Positions 62,831-64,000 of a stretch of DNA of 64,000 nucleotides are shown piece by piece. Numbering within the stretch: position 1 is the stretch's first letter; each line of letters starts with the position of its first letter. Origin of the DNA: Octopus bimaculoides (taxonomy: Eukaryota); NCBI RefSeq assembly GCF_001194135.2, contig NC_068981.1, forward strand, positions 18,332,767-18,396,766, written 5' to 3'. A program made the position numbers and the translations under genes. Below the pieces are notes generated by a model. It was not told where the DNA came from, made no database searches, and was given only the letters and a program-made list of their open reading frames with translations.

Positions 62831-64000
62831 TATGTAGTGAAGAGATGAAATTAGAGAGAACAGTTGGTCATTAAAGTAGAATGAAAGCTGGCACTGAACT
62901 ATGGAAAGGAATGCGTGTTCTAAGTCAGGGTTACCAATTTGTAGGCAACCGTGCAATAGTAGTGTCTTTAGTAGTCAGAGTGCTGGAATCATGATCGTAA
63001 GATTGTGGTTTCAATTCCTTGACCCGGTGGTGCATTGTGTTTTTGAGCAAAGCACTTCATTTTCTGCTTTTCTGGTCCTCTCAGTTGTCAAAAATGAGTA
63101 ATCCTGTGACACACTGGCATCCATCCTGGGTGAGTGGGGGGGGGGGTATATACATCAGAGAGTCCGAGCAACCGGCNNNNNNNNNNGGTATATACATCAG
63201 AGAGTCCGAGCAACCGGCCCTACAAGTCTATATGACTTGGGAAGGACCTTTATTTTTTGTATTCATTTATTGGTTTCAGTCATCAGATTGCAATCATGAT
63301 CTATCATTTTCAATGATATAGATGATTATATTTACCCCAGCACATGACTAGTGACCAACAGTTAAGTCAGCTTCAGCTAAACTCAGAATATAAAGAACTG
63401 TAATCAAATACCACTAGGTATTTTGTTTGATGATCTACTGATTCTTCCACCAACCATTAATATGCATCTTCCTAAAGTTTTCTTAGGTTTTAGGCTTGCT
63501 ACAAAACTTCTGACTCATTAATCTGGATATTATTCTGGTTTCCATGCTGTATAAATAACCTAAAGTGTAATATTTCTCACTGAATAGGGCACCACCCTGT
63601 TTCAGGGTTAATCCTCAATTGTTGCTGGTACTACCTCTTAAACAGTAACCACAGCCCATTGTAGGGTTAACCATTAGTTGTTTTTGGTATTACCTCCTGA
63701 ACAAGACTGCAGCCCATTGCAGGATTAACCATTAGTTGTTGCTGGTATTACTCATGGATGGTTCTCTAGCCCATTCTCATTTTCAGCAGAATAGACTGAA
63801 GCAACATTAAATGCATCTGGGGATTGAAACCATGTCCTTATGACTGTCAGTTCCATACCCTAGCCACTGAGCCATACACCTCTATATTTCTAAAGTACAA
63901 CTTTGGATAGGAGGAATTTCAACCATGTTTCGTGGTCTGCTACCACAACAGCTCCTTTATAGGATCCAGTTAGCTCAAGACATCATCAGGAGGAACCACT

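Overview
AT-rich, repeat-saturated eukaryotic genomic DNA with about ten N-gaps over 70 bp. The SINE repertoire and microsatellite load point to an octopus; that is an inference. The only host coding sequence I can support is four + strand, phase-0 exons (18624-18698, 31381-31662, 52207-52347, 62213-62245; 531 nt over 43.6 kb). They have canonical AG/GT signals and encode a stretch of the MUN domain of a BAIAP3/Munc13-4-family vesicle-priming protein. One expected intervening exon is not visible. The rest is intronic: tRNA-headed SINE families, RTE-LINE 3' ends, CR1, Tx1/L1 and RLE-type LINE fragments, Penelope-like pieces, two mariners, several MITEs (Tc1/mariner, Tc2/pogo-like, hAT, piggyBac-like) and many microsatellites. 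Most ORFs in the supplied track are microsatellite or N-gap noise. The most notable observation is a 451-bp Penelope-like insertion with a 12-bp TSD. It folds back into a 169-bp hairpin with an intact minimal hammerhead ribozyme at its apex, and the inverted arm starts at the predicted cleavage site. A second hammerhead lies on the host sense strand, and three copies of a non-canonical hammerhead-like motif occur nearby. A nuclear-receptor/X-box motif cluster sits just upstream of the largest exon. SINE boundaries are approximate (about +/-20 bp).
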